A DNA stretch of 64,000 bases, from the IMG/VR virus record IMGVR_UViG_3300031414_000008, positions 1 to 64,000 of that record. One strand, written 5' to 3'. Both the position numbers and the translations under genes were made by a program. Below the pieces are notes generated by a model that was not told the DNA's origin, ran no database searches, and worked only from the letters and a program-made list of their open reading frames with translations. Below, piece by piece: positions 37,089 through 46,090 of the stretch. Source of the stretch: a virus. Numbering within the stretch: the stretch's first letter is position 1; every line of letters begins with the position of its first letter.

Positions 37089-37544
37089 ATGACCACTAAA
37101 AACGAAACCGCAAAAACCACCATCACTCTGGAAACTCTGGCAGAAATGATGGAGACCATGAAAGCCAACTTCGATCACTCACACGCTGAGATCGTGGCCG
37201 GTCAGGAAAAGACTGCACTGAACCTGCAGAACATCGATGGCCGTATCACTAAGCTGGAAGGCGTACAGCCGAAGTTGGATACCGAAGCGAAACTGGAAGC
37301 CGCTGTTGAAGCTGTTAAACCGGGTCTGCTGGGTGGCCTGAAACAAGCGTCTACCACTAAGAAAGTGGTTGTTGCAACCGTTACTACTGCAGCCGTAGCT
37401 GGCGTCGCATACGGTGGCTACAAAGGTTACCAGTACATGCAAGAGCGTAAAGCTCAGGATCTGCCACTGCTGGCAGTAGAAGCTGTACCGTCGGTATCCC
37501 CGGCCAAGCAAGACGCAATCCGCCAGAGCATCGGCAGCAAGTAA
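37089..37544 (+). CDS. Coiled-coil + single-TM protein (LLxxLKQ family)
   Basis: Start ATG 37089 (AAGGA RBS); GLLGGLKQAS..KKVVVATVTTAAVAGVAYGGY; highly biased codons. Confidence 0.8.
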   Translation: MTTKNETAKTTITLETLAEMMETMKANFDHSHAEIVAGQEKTALNLQNIDGRITKLEGVQPKLDTEAKLEAAVEAVKPGLLGGLKQASTTKKVVVATVTTAAVAGVAYGGYKGYQYMQERKAQDLPLLAVEAVPSVSPAKQDAIRQSIGSK

Positions 37545-37607
37545 TTAACCTGAGGGGTCAATAGCTAAGGCCCCTTAACCTTAAAACGAATTGGTAAGGA
37601 TCGAATC

Positions 37608-37853
37608 ATGGAAAAGCAAGAAGAGAAGAAAGTGAACCTGCTGGGCAAACTGAAGCAGTCTGACCAGGGCGTAAAATTGGCTGTAGCAGTTGGTGTTGGC
37701 GTTGCAGCTGGCGTAACCGCTACTCTGGCTGTACAGGCGTACGGCAAAAAGCGTGAGAACGACGCTCTGCGTCTGCAAGCTCCAACTCCTGTGGAATCCC
37801 AGCCACAACGTAACGTTACTATACTGCGACTGCCAGCAATGGGTCAGCAGTAA
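37608..37853 (+). CDS. Small single-TM protein (LLxxLKQ family)
   Basis: 81 aa; NLLGKLKQS..GVKLAVAVGVGVAAGVTATLAV. Confidence 0.8.
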   Translation: MEKQEEKKVNLLGKLKQSDQGVKLAVAVGVGVAAGVTATLAVQAYGKKRENDALRLQAPTPVESQPQRNVTILRLPAMGQQ

Positions 37854-37855
37854 GT

Positions 37856-37898
37856 GAGTCCCCTTCGGGGGACTATCCCAAAGGCTTCGGCCTTTTTT
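37856..37898 (+). terminator. Tandem UUCG hairpins / terminator
   Basis: GTCCCC-TTCG-GGGGAC then AAGGC-TTCG-GCCTT-TTTT. Confidence 0.75.
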
Positions 37899-37913
37899 AC
37901 ATTAGGGTTAAGC

Positions 37914-38195
37914 ATGGATATCAAGACAATCATCAAAGACGCACGCGATCCGAACTCGAAGGACAATACCTTCCGTCTACTCTGGGCGAAGTATCAGCAT
38001 ACGGCGGCTCACATCCGGGACAGAAACATCCTGTGTGTACCGATGAAAACGCTGGAAGCGAACATGAATCTCTTAGCTGCGGGGTTGAAGACACTGCGGG
38101 AATGCTCTCCGACGGAGAGAGAAAGAGCCGCACTCGAAGTGATGGATCTCGTCCAACGCTCCGAGGCGACTATGGATCAGCTACTTAAACTGTGA
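37914..38195 (+). CDS. Hypothetical protein
   Basis: 93 aa from ATG 37914. Confidence 0.6.
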   Translation: MDIKTIIKDARDPNSKDNTFRLLWAKYQHTAAHIRDRNILCVPMKTLEANMNLLAAGLKTLRECSPTERERAALEVMDLVQRSEATMDQLLKL

Positions 38196-39117
38196 TGTTT
38201 CCGTAGGTGAAGACGCGAGTCTGCACAACGGTTACCTCTGAGTCGTAGTCCAGCTCCCCACCCAGGATAACTTGATGTAGAGCGGCATCGATCGAGAAGT
38301 TCGTCTGGTGCACACCGGTCACGTACACGTCCAGTGAGTCCTTACCGTAGGACAGGTCGATGTCCGGGAAGCCCGTCAGGTTCACGATCTTCGAGCCCTT
38401 CGGCACGGTCTGTGACGCACGGTACTTACGGAAGCGGGCGTTTTCCAGCTTGGTCTTAGACTGACCGGTAACGAGGTCTGAGATGTTCGACTGGTCAATC
38501 CAGTGGATCGCCGTGATGTCGTTCTTCGTCAGGGACGTCTGTCCGAACTTGATGATGAAGCTGAAGCACGCGGTGTTCCCGGTGTCAGGATACATGATCG
38601 GTTCGGCGTTGGTGCTGGTGTACTCACCGCTCGACTTGATGGAGAAACGAGCCACCTTCGTCAGAGAATCCACGCCCGGGACGATAGACTGAGCCGTCGC
38701 CTCTTCCATGTAAGCCTGAACCAGGTACTTGATGCTCTTCCCTGCAGTGCCCGGCGCCGCCAGGTTGACCAGGTTAGTCGGAGCATCGTGAACCGCCATT
38801 GTCGGCACGCGGAAGTACGGGTTGTCGATGTCAAACGGGATTGTCTGAACGAGGTATCCGAACAGGATATTCAGGTTCAGCCCGCCTGGGAAGTACAGGT
38901 TGCCTACGAAGGCCTGATCGGTAGAGAACTGAATCCCGATTGAAGCCGCCGCCAGCGAACCACGGTTGAATGCACCCTTGGTAATATCTAGCTGATCTGC
39001 TAGAATAGCGATGTTGTCGCTAATGTCCTTTAATGGACGGTTATCGACGTCAACGTAGTAAGGGTCGAGGTTCGTGTAGTAACGGACCTGCTTTAATTTC
39101 GATTGAGTTGTGGCCAT
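38185..39117 (-). CDS. Putative virion structural (baseplate/fibre-associated) protein
   Basis: N-terminal RYY...DPYYVDVDNRPL.D...N pattern seen in large-phage structural proteins; TAAACTA upstream. Confidence 0.6.
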   Translation of the reverse strand: MATTQSKLKQVRYYTNLDPYYVDVDNRPLKDISDNIAILADQLDITKGAFNRGSLAAASIGIQFSTDQAFVGNLYFPGGLNLNILFGYLVQTIPFDIDNPYFRVPTMAVHDAPTNLVNLAAPGTAGKSIKYLVQAYMEEATAQSIVPGVDSLTKVARFSIKSSGEYTSTNAEPIMYPDTGNTACFSFIIKFGQTSLTKNDITAIHWIDQSNISDLVTGQSKTKLENARFRKYRASQTVPKGSKIVNLTGFPDIDLSYGKDSLDVYVTGVHQTNFSIDAALHQVILGGELDYDSEVTVVQTRVFTYGNITV

Positions 39118-39142
39118 GTTGTCCTCTCATAGGTGATACACA

Positions 39143-39149
39143 TAGTTTA
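39143..39149 (-). promoter_or_regulatory. TAAACTA late-type motif
   Basis: 25 nt upstream of ATG 39117. Confidence 0.6.
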
Positions 39150-39160
39150 ATAGGTGGAGC

Positions 39161-41074
39161 ATGCAACTAGCTTTTACTCCGGACAGGAGGAACGTTCTGT
39201 TCGTCCCCGAGACGACGGCTGAGGATACCATCCTTACAGCCTTCCCCGCACTGTATAAGGTACGCGGCGAGCGCTTTGCCCCGGCGTTCCCTAGTATTTT
39301 ACAGAACATCGTCACGCGTTTGAAGAAGAAGATCAAGACGATCACGACCAAAGAGAAGGACATCGTTGATCTCCTGAAGCGGGAGCCGACGCTTCTCCCT
39401 ATCCCGTCAGCCTTTAAGTATTTCACCACTCCGCTCGAGCATCAAGAGCTCGCCCTCCGATTTCTCTATACGCGAGGCGGCGGCGGTCTACTGCTGGACC
39501 CAGGCCTGGGGAAAACGAAGGTCGTCCTCGATTACATCGCACTAATGGGCTTTGAGAAGTCACTGATCGTGTGTCCAGTGGCCCTGCGTGACGTGTGGAT
39601 CGATGAGGTTCAGACGCACCGTCCGGACAAGACGATTCACGTCATGGAGTCCACTAACTGGGACTCGCTCATGGTCTCTGCCAAGCAGCGTGCGAAGAAA
39701 TGGGAAGAGGCTCTTGAGCGTGCAGCCGAGGGTTCTGACGGGTGGAAGAAAGCCCGCTCGAACTTGATGACTGCTGAACGTGAGATCAAGAAGATCCCGG
39801 CGTTGAAGCAGAAAGACTTGGACGCAGCCGCAGCGGCGGACATCATCGTGATTAACTATAACAAGGCCACGATCAATAAGGACCTGGCGTCTCACCAGAT
39901 TGCCACCGGTGTCGACTTCCTGACGAAGCACTTCAAGATCGACTTCGTGGCCCTGGATGAAGCCCTGATCAAGGCTCACGACACGGCCCGTACCCGTGAC
40001 CTCCTGAAGCTTGCGTCGGTGGTGCCGTACCGTGTTATCATGTCCGGAACGCTCATCAACAACACCGCCCTCGATGCCTTCGCCCCGATTCGCTTCCTCC
40101 AGCCGGCGCTGACCGGAATGGCGTACGGGAAGTTCGACCAGCACTACGGCATCAAGATCAAGCCGCGGGGCAAGACCTTCTCGGTGACGATCGGCGTGTC
40201 CAAGGCGAACATGCAGGAGATCCGTGAGATTCTCGAGGCGTGTTCGATCGTCATGCGTAAGGAAGACTGGCTGAAGCTTCCGGATAAGCACTTCCACGAG
40301 GTCCGCTTCGAACTCTCCGAGATTCAGAAAGCCATGTACTCCGGGCTCGTCTCAAACTACGCCTACGCTCTGCCTTCCGGTGAAGTGGTGCAGGTCGACA
40401 ACGGTCTGGGGCTGCTCTCGAAGGTCCAGCAGATCGCCAACGGCTTCCTTTACTATAAGGAACAGTCGCAGGATCCGCTGGATATCCTGTTCGGGGCCGA
40501 AAAAGAGGACTCGCCCCGCCAGACCTTCTTCTTCGAGGAACAACCGAAGCTGAATGCTCTGGGCGACCTGATGGACGGACCGATTAAAGGCCGCAAGTTC
40601 ATCCTCTGGTATAACTGCCAGGCTGAACACGAACTCGTCACCAAGTTCCTTGATAGCCGTAGAATCAAGCACGTCTCTGTCCGCGGCGGTACCAAGAACA
40701 CCGGTGCCATCGTCCGACAGTTCAACACCGACCCGTCGATCTCTGTGATGATCTGCCAAGCCAAGGCGGTGAACTATGGTATCACGGTGCTCGGCCGCGA
40801 CCCGGAGCAGCTTGAAAGCATCGATGAGGTGCTGCCGGAATTCTCCACCCGCGTCTACACACACGTCTTCTACTCACTGAACTACTCGCTCGAGGTCTTC
40901 CTTCAGCAGCAGGACCGTTCTCACCGTATCGGTCAGACCCATGACGTCGACTACTTCATCCTCTTGGGTGAATGTGCGGCCGAAACCCAGGTCTACGAAG
41001 CGATGCAGGCGAAGATGGTCATTCGTGAGTCCGTACTCGTGGACTTTTCGAAAAGGCTCAAACCACTGGTATAA
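39161..41074 (+). CDS. SNF2-family helicase
   Basis: LLLDPGLGKT, LDEA, IMSGTLINN, QQQDRSHRIGQ. Confidence 0.9.
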   Translation: MQLAFTPDRRNVLFVPETTAEDTILTAFPALYKVRGERFAPAFPSILQNIVTRLKKKIKTITTKEKDIVDLLKREPTLLPIPSAFKYFTTPLEHQELALRFLYTRGGGGLLLDPGLGKTKVVLDYIALMGFEKSLIVCPVALRDVWIDEVQTHRPDKTIHVMESTNWDSLMVSAKQRAKKWEEALERAAEGSDGWKKARSNLMTAEREIKKIPALKQKDLDAAAAADIIVINYNKATINKDLASHQIATGVDFLTKHFKIDFVALDEALIKAHDTARTRDLLKLASVVPYRVIMSGTLINNTALDAFAPIRFLQPALTGMAYGKFDQHYGIKIKPRGKTFSVTIGVSKANMQEIREILEACSIVMRKEDWLKLPDKHFHEVRFELSEIQKAMYSGLVSNYAYALPSGEVVQVDNGLGLLSKVQQIANGFLYYKEQSQDPLDILFGAEKEDSPRQTFFFEEQPKLNALGDLMDGPIKGRKFILWYNCQAEHELVTKFLDSRRIKHVSVRGGTKNTGAIVRQFNTDPSISVMICQAKAVNYGITVLGRDPEQLESIDEVLPEFSTRVYTHVFYSLNYSLEVFLQQQDRSHRIGQTHDVDYFILLGECAAETQVYEAMQAKMVIRESVLVDFSKRLKPLV

Positions 41075-41075
41075 G
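41068..41075 (+). promoter_or_regulatory. GGTATAAG phage promoter motif (contains the stop codon of the upstream gene)
   Basis: CTG GTA TAA G; precedes the DinG-like gene. Confidence 0.6.
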
Positions 41076-41107
41076 AAAAACGTGTGGATACACAATAGAG
41101 GTTGGTA

Positions 41108-42691
41108 ATGCTTAAGGATTTCTTCCCGTTCCCGACCATCAGAGAAACACAAGACCGAGTCCTGACGGCGATGGATCCTATCATCGCTCGTCATCGGCAC
41201 GTGATCGTGGAGATGCCCGTAGGCTCGGGGAAATCAGGTACAGGATTGGCGTTCGCCCGTCACGGCGGTTCGTCCTTTCTGCTGACTCCCCGGAAAGCTT
41301 TACAGGATCAATACTTTGATGACTTCTCGGAACACGTAGTAACACTCAAAGGCCGCTCGGCCTACCCCTGCGTCGACCCCAGTCGCTGGCATAACGCATT
41401 ACCAGTGCGTCAAATCCATGATGAAGTCCTCGAAGGTAACATATCACCCCGTTTCCTGACCGGAGCGCTGTGTTCTAACGGCCGTTGCACCAACTCAACG
41501 GAAGAAGATGGACGCCGCAACTATCGGGAAATGTGTGAACGCCTCGCTGGCATTCCGTGTCCGTACCAAACGGCGGTGGAAACTGCTCTCGAGGCGGATC
41601 ATGTGGTGTGTAACTTGCACTCCTTCATCTTCCAGACGACGTACGCCGGACGTTTCGAACCGCGTGCCCGTATGGTTGTCGATGAATGTCACGACATGGC
41701 AGGTATCATCCGTGATACGCTCGCCAAGACCGTGTTCTTCAAAGGCATCCAACTGGAAGAGTTACCTGAGATGCGTCGATGGGATATACCAGCGTGGCAG
41801 CGTTACTTCCGCCACCCTGCGAACCAACCCGTTGGCCGGTTTACCCGTGAGTTCAGAGACTATCTGAATGATCTGGAAGACCTAATCGAAGGTTTACCGG
41901 AGGCAATTTACGGAGCGTTTGCAGTCGATATCGAGAACAAAGACACTGGGACTTCCTTCAAGTTCCGTCAACTCGATATCTCCCGACAGGCACGGTCTAT
42001 GATCTTTGATCATGGTGACCGTGTGCTACTTATGTCGGGCACGATCTTCAGTAAGAATCTCTTTTGCTATGAAAATGGTCTGGACCCTGCGGAGACAGCC
42101 TTCCTTCGTGTCAATTCGACATTCCCTGTAGAGAACCGTTTGGTCATCCTCGACCAGCGGCCCGTGAACCTCAGTGCTGCAAACTGGGATAGCAACTTCG
42201 GACACCTGATTGATCGAATCCGGCGTGTCCTTAACCAGCACGACAGTGAAAAGGGGTTAATCCACGCACCGTCCTACGTGAAGGCAGCACAGATTGCCGA
42301 AGCGATTGGTGGGCGTGCGGTAACGCACTCCTCGGAAGATTTCTTGCCTACGCTTAATGGCTTCTTCCGCACCCGTGACAACTCGGTGTTCGTCTCTCCG
42401 ATTTGCCAGCAGGGCACTGACTTCAAGAACGACCGTGCACGTTTCCAGATCGTCACTACCGTCCCGTACTTAAACGTCGGCGACAACGTGGTAGCGAAGA
42501 TGATGGAGAGGAGTCCGGCATGGTACGACTTGAAAACCTTAGTGATATTCGCCCAGATGTTGGGGCGACCAGTTAGATCCGAAACGGACCACGGGGTGAC
42601 TTATCTGATGGATAATCGCTTCCCTGGATTCTTAAACCGTACACGCCAATGGATACCACATTGGTTAATGGACTCCTTTAGGGGATTTTGA
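41108..42691 (+). CDS. DinG/XPD-family helicase with candidate Fe-S cysteines
   Basis: MPVGSGKS, LKGRSAYPC...C...C...CPY, VVDECH, LLMSGTI, QGTDF, QMLGRPVRS. Confidence 0.9.
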   Translation: MLKDFFPFPTIRETQDRVLTAMDPIIARHRHVIVEMPVGSGKSGTGLAFARHGGSSFLLTPRKALQDQYFDDFSEHVVTLKGRSAYPCVDPSRWHNALPVRQIHDEVLEGNISPRFLTGALCSNGRCTNSTEEDGRRNYREMCERLAGIPCPYQTAVETALEADHVVCNLHSFIFQTTYAGRFEPRARMVVDECHDMAGIIRDTLAKTVFFKGIQLEELPEMRRWDIPAWQRYFRHPANQPVGRFTREFRDYLNDLEDLIEGLPEAIYGAFAVDIENKDTGTSFKFRQLDISRQARSMIFDHGDRVLLMSGTIFSKNLFCYENGLDPAETAFLRVNSTFPVENRLVILDQRPVNLSAANWDSNFGHLIDRIRRVLNQHDSEKGLIHAPSYVKAAQIAEAIGGRAVTHSSEDFLPTLNGFFRTRDNSVFVSPICQQGTDFKNDRARFQIVTTVPYLNVGDNVVAKMMERSPAWYDLKTLVIFAQMLGRPVRSETDHGVTYLMDNRFPGFLNRTRQWIPHWLMDSFRGF

Positions 42692-42727
42692 TGAATATTT
42701 GGAATTGGGGTTATTTCCCGAACGGAG

Positions 42728-43006
42728 ATGAAGATGAAGATTCACGTGAGAGAGTGTCAGCTGGAAATCGTTCCGGAGAGCGGGGCCGAGAGAAAGGATA
42801 TCGAGAAGAAAGCGAACCTTGCTATGCGTAAGTTCGACGTTTCTTCCCGTGTAGCCCGCATCCTGGCAGCTGCTGCAATCTGTACTGAGCTTCGCGACGA
42901 CATCTCAGTGGACTTGAAGCACGTCCATTACCAGGATAGGTCGTTCTCGATATACCCCAAAGGGTTGGATGGCGCCTCGTACCCAGAAGTAACCGTCTGC
43001 CCGTAA
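42728..43006 (+). CDS. Hypothetical protein
   Basis: 92 aa, GGAG RBS; 3' end overlaps the sigma gene in antisense. Confidence 0.55.
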   Translation: MKMKIHVRECQLEIVPESGAERKDIEKKANLAMRKFDVSSRVARILAAAAICTELRDDISVDLKHVHYQDRSFSIYPKGLDGASYPEVTVCP

Positions 43007-43788
43007 CCGTCTTCCATCGTATCACGCAGTAATTCTAAGCTCTTACTCAGGGAGCGCTTAACGTACGCCTGATTGTACTTAGGATCGGCCAGTGACTTAA
43101 CGATCTCCGCCGGCTTCATTTCGACCCCGTCGATGATGCCGTAGGCGAGCTTAACGATTTGGTTGTCCGGGTAGGGCAATGCGTCAATAGCCGTAAGAAG
43201 GCTATTATTTTCCAGTTCGTCCACCAACTGATCAATCGGGTGGACAATCGGCATGTCGGTATCCTTCATGTTGTCCAGATAGAAGGTGATGTACTGGGTC
43301 TTACTCAGTTCCCGCAGATCCTTGACGGACGCATTGGGGAACTCTTCACGGAGTTCAGCCAGCGTTGGCACCGAGTCTCGCTCCTCTACGAAGCGTTTGA
43401 TCTTGGTCGCTAATTGTTGTTTCTGAGCCGGCAGCGCCACTAAACGCCAGCGGGACATCTCTTTGAGTTGACGCTGCATTACCCACCATCCGGCGTATGT
43501 CAGTAAGCGTACGCCCGACTGGGGATCGAATTTGTCCAGACCAGCTAGAAGACCCTCGTTGCCAGCAGCGATCAGGTCTTCGAACTGTTCGACGTTGCCG
43601 CGGGAGTATTTCTTGGCACGCTTGAACACATACCGCAGGTTTGAGCAGATGAGAATATCACGAGCCCGTGCTTTAGCCGCCTTCGTTGATGTAGCAGAGA
43701 AGTAGACCTGCAGGTGTGCGTCTTCCTGTTCCTTCGTCAGAATCGGATAGCGCTCGCAGATTTCCTCGTAGTATTTTGTCAATCCCAT
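42928..43788 (-). CDS. Phage sigma70-family sigma factor
   Basis: Region 1.2-like YYEEICERYPILT.EQE; region 2 SNLRYVFKRAKKY...EDLIAAGNEGL..GLDKFDP.SGVRLLTYAGWW; diverged region 4; start ATG 43788 (AGGAG RBS). Confidence 0.92.
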   Translation of the reverse strand: MGLTKYYEEICERYPILTKEQEDAHLQVYFSATSTKAAKARARDILICSNLRYVFKRAKKYSRGNVEQFEDLIAAGNEGLLAGLDKFDPQSGVRLLTYAGWWVMQRQLKEMSRWRLVALPAQKQQLATKIKRFVEERDSVPTLAELREEFPNASVKDLRELSKTQYITFYLDNMKDTDMPIVHPIDQLVDELENNSLLTAIDALPYPDNQIVKLAYGIIDGVEMKPAEIVKSLADPKYNQAYVKRSLSKSLELLRDTMEDGYGQTVTSGYEAPSNPLGYIENDLSW

Positions 43789-43812
43789 TGTGTTCTCCTG
43801 GTTAGTCGAGGT

Positions 43813-43841
43813 ATAGTACCGTCCGTAGCCCGATAAGTCAA
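43813..43841 (-). promoter_or_regulatory. Host sigma70-type promoter for the phage sigma gene
   Basis: TTGACT (43841-43836)-N17-TACTAT (43818-43813). Confidence 0.75.
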
Positions 43842-43852
43842 TTGAGGACACC

Positions 43853-44044
43853 ATGATCAAGATCGACGTACTGAAGAAATCCAACGGACTGGTCACCCTC
43901 GTGATCCAGACCAACAACCCCACTCAGGACAAAGACAAACTGGACCTGATCGGGGCTGCCATCATGTCTACCGGCCAGAAACGCGGTGGGTTCAAATCCG
44001 AATCTCAGCTCGAAGTATCCGTGCTGGATTCCACAATCGCCTAA
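43853..44044 (+). CDS. Small hypothetical protein
   Basis: 63 aa, GAGG RBS. Confidence 0.65.
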   Translation: MIKIDVLKKSNGLVTLVIQTNNPTQDKDKLDLIGAAIMSTGQKRGGFKSESQLEVSVLDSTIA

Positions 44045-44049
44045 CGGAG

Positions 44050-44057
44050 GGTATAAC
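44050..44057 (+). promoter_or_regulatory. GGTATAAC promoter motif variant
   Basis: Upstream of the SSB gene. Confidence 0.55.
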
Positions 44058-44058
44058 T

Positions 44059-44220
44059 ATGATGGAGAAATCATCCCACATTTATTTATCCCCAAAGGAC
44101 CTTGCTGAGTACAAAGAAGGTCGAGTGTCTCAACGAATTCAGGACACTTGGGGCTTGACTTACGGTGAGCTTTCAGCGATAATTGAAGCTCACGAATACA
44201 CTTCTACAGAGGAAATCTAA
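44059..44220 (+). CDS. Small hypothetical protein (53 aa)
   Basis: GGAGG RBS, ATG 44059, stop abuts the SSB start. Confidence 0.45.
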   Translation: MMEKSSHIYLSPKDLAEYKEGRVSQRIQDTWGLTYGELSAIIEAHEYTSTEEI

Positions 44221-44907
44221 ATGTCAGCACTCGAACAACTCGCAGCTCTTGAACAACGCGTTATTATCGGCCCAGCACGTGGCGAATGGTTCCACCTGGC
44301 AGAGCCAGACACCAAATTCAAAGCAGAAGGTGAGTACAAAGTTACTCTGCGTCCAACCGCTGAGTACATGGCTCCGTTCTTCGACCAGATGAAACGTATT
44401 GCCGAGGCTGCCCTGCCTCTGTATCAGGAAATCGAAGACGAAGAAGCTAAGAAGAAAGGTAAGAAAGCCAAGCAGGTTAAGCTTTCTGACACCCAGCCGT
44501 GGCTGGACTGCGAAATGGAAGACGGTACTGTTACCGTTAAGCTGAAGACCGCAGCGACCTTCCTGAGCAAGAAAACCGGTGCCGTTGAAGAGAAAAACGT
44601 CCCAGTCGTTGACTCCTTCGGTAAGTACCTGGCCAAAGAGCAGATCGTTGCCCTGAAGATCGGTAACGGTACTGAACTGCGTGCGGTAGTGACCATCCGT
44701 CCTTACCACATGGTGACCAGCGGTGTTGGCATCAGCCTGCGTCTGGAGAAAGTCCAGATCGTTAAGCTGGTACAGTACGGCGGTAACGGCATGGACAACG
44801 AGTTCGGTGAGTTTGCAGGCGGCGAGTTCGCTGCTCCTGAAGCTCCAACCGAACAGCGTGACGGTGAGTTCACCGGTCAGTCCGAAGAAACAAACTACAC
44901 CGTATAA
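44221..44907 (+). CDS. Single-stranded DNA-binding protein, T7 gp2.5-like
   Basis: HLAEPDTKF...GEYKVTL, IGNGTEL, GVGISLRLEKVQIVKLVQYGG, acidic C-terminal tail. Confidence 0.8.
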   Translation: MSALEQLAALEQRVIIGPARGEWFHLAEPDTKFKAEGEYKVTLRPTAEYMAPFFDQMKRIAEAALPLYQEIEDEEAKKKGKKAKQVKLSDTQPWLDCEMEDGTVTVKLKTAATFLSKKTGAVEEKNVPVVDSFGKYLAKEQIVALKIGNGTELRAVVTIRPYHMVTSGVGISLRLEKVQIVKLVQYGGNGMDNEFGEFAGGEFAAPEAPTEQRDGEFTGQSEETNYTV

Positions 44908-44919
44908 GGTGTAGCACGA

Positions 44920-44944
44920 GGGCCCTTCGGGGCCCTTTTCTTTT
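44920..44944 (+). terminator. Rho-independent terminator
   Basis: GGGCCC-TTCG-GGGCCC-TTTTCTTTT. Confidence 0.85.
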
Positions 44945-44985
44945 AGGCCTGGAAAGGCTACAATGAGGCCTACCCAGGAGAAACC

Positions 44986-45882
44986 ATGACCCAGCAAGAA
45001 GAACTCGAAGCAGCACTCGAACGCGTACCGCTAGTGACCGATCTGTCGACGACAGGTTTCGGCGCTTGGTCAGTCTCGAAGTTGAAGACGCTCGAGAAGT
45101 GCCCGCTCCAATTTTTCCTTCAGTACTGCGTTAAGCTCGGGATCGTCGGGGATGAGAATCCAGACGACGTCCTGAACCGTAACGCCGGTACCGCTCTGCA
45201 CCGAATCCTTGAGCTGATGTTCGAAGGGCACACCTTCGCCGAAGCCGAAGAGATCGGGCGTGCAGAGAACATCGACGCGGTGACCCCTGAGCGTTGGGCC
45301 TTCGTGGAGAAACACTATGACAACGTCAAGGCCTTCCGCCGTCGTATGGGCGTATTTGAAGAGAACCATCCGATCGATTACATCGAGCCGGAGCTTAAGC
45401 TCGCCATCACGCGTGACTACAAGCCCACCGGATTCTTCGCTGACGATGCGTACTTCCGAGGTGTTATTGACCTTCCGATCCAACTTCTCAATGGTGACGC
45501 CGTGGTTATTGACCACAAGCGTGGGGGATCTCCGGCCTACGGCCTGAAGTATCACCAGGCTCAACTCTCAACATATCACCTTCTGTATCACTTCGGACAC
45601 AAACAGGTTCGAGGCATGCAGTCAGGTATTCACTTCATGGAAGCCGGTGCGGTCGTCATGGGGAAATACACCAAGGGTGAGCACATTGAGCGGTTAATGC
45701 CAGCATGGCTTGACGAGAAGATCGAAACTGCGGTGAAAACCGTGACGGACGCTGAAGCGTTCTTCCCAGTGAAGGGCACGGCGTGCACGTACTGTAACTT
45801 CAAACCTCTTTGCCGAGCCGGCAAACGGAACACGTGTGGTGACCTGGAGCCAATCCGCCAGGCAGCCATTAAGCTGTTCTAA
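44986..45882 (+). CDS. PD-(D/E)xK nuclease, AddB/Cas4-like with four Cys
   Basis: WSVSKLKTLEKCP, GTALH, GVIDL...VIDHK, CTYCNFKPLC. Confidence 0.88.
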   Translation: MTQQEELEAALERVPLVTDLSTTGFGAWSVSKLKTLEKCPLQFFLQYCVKLGIVGDENPDDVLNRNAGTALHRILELMFEGHTFAEAEEIGRAENIDAVTPERWAFVEKHYDNVKAFRRRMGVFEENHPIDYIEPELKLAITRDYKPTGFFADDAYFRGVIDLPIQLLNGDAVVIDHKRGGSPAYGLKYHQAQLSTYHLLYHFGHKQVRGMQSGIHFMEAGAVVMGKYTKGEHIERLMPAWLDEKIETAVKTVTDAEAFFPVKGTACTYCNFKPLCRAGKRNTCGDLEPIRQAAIKLF

Positions 45883-45915
45883 AAGAAAAACCCCGGTCTC
45901 CCGGGGTTCTTTTTT
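45881..45915. terminator. Bidirectional terminator
   Basis: A run-CCCCGG-TCTC-CCGGGG-T run between convergent genes. Confidence 0.85.
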
Positions 45916-46090
45916 AGCTGGAAGGCGCCTCAAAGGCCGTCTTCGAATTGTACTTCCATCCGATCCACGCTCCGGAATCGCCCAGAGGTTGGAGGGTTTG
46001 GCCCTCCGGTAGATGGAGCTCTGCAGCCCCATCGTAAAGGATCACGTTAATGACCGTACCGTTCTCGATTACTGCATAGTTCTCAACCAT
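45914..46090 (-). CDS. Small tail-fibre-associated protein
   Basis: MVENYAVIENGTVINVILYDG...AWIGWKY; TAATG-coupled to the Gly-rich fibre gene. Confidence 0.7.
   Translation of the reverse strand: MVENYAVIENGTVINVILYDGAAELHLPEGQTLQPLGDSGAWIGWKYNSKTAFEAPSS

Noticed and set aside
44224-44997. 257-aa - strand ORF
   Set aside because: Antisense to the SSB gene and spans its terminator.
44986-45882. Possible CRISPR-Cas link through the Cas4-like nuclease
   Set aside because: No repeat-spacer array or other cas genes in the window; solo Cas4-like nucleases are common in phages.
29729-45915. Near-identical hairpins with the same loop at two convergent junctions
   Set aside because: The loop is a GAGA (GNRA) tetraloop on the minus strand, so these are ordinary bidirectional terminators.
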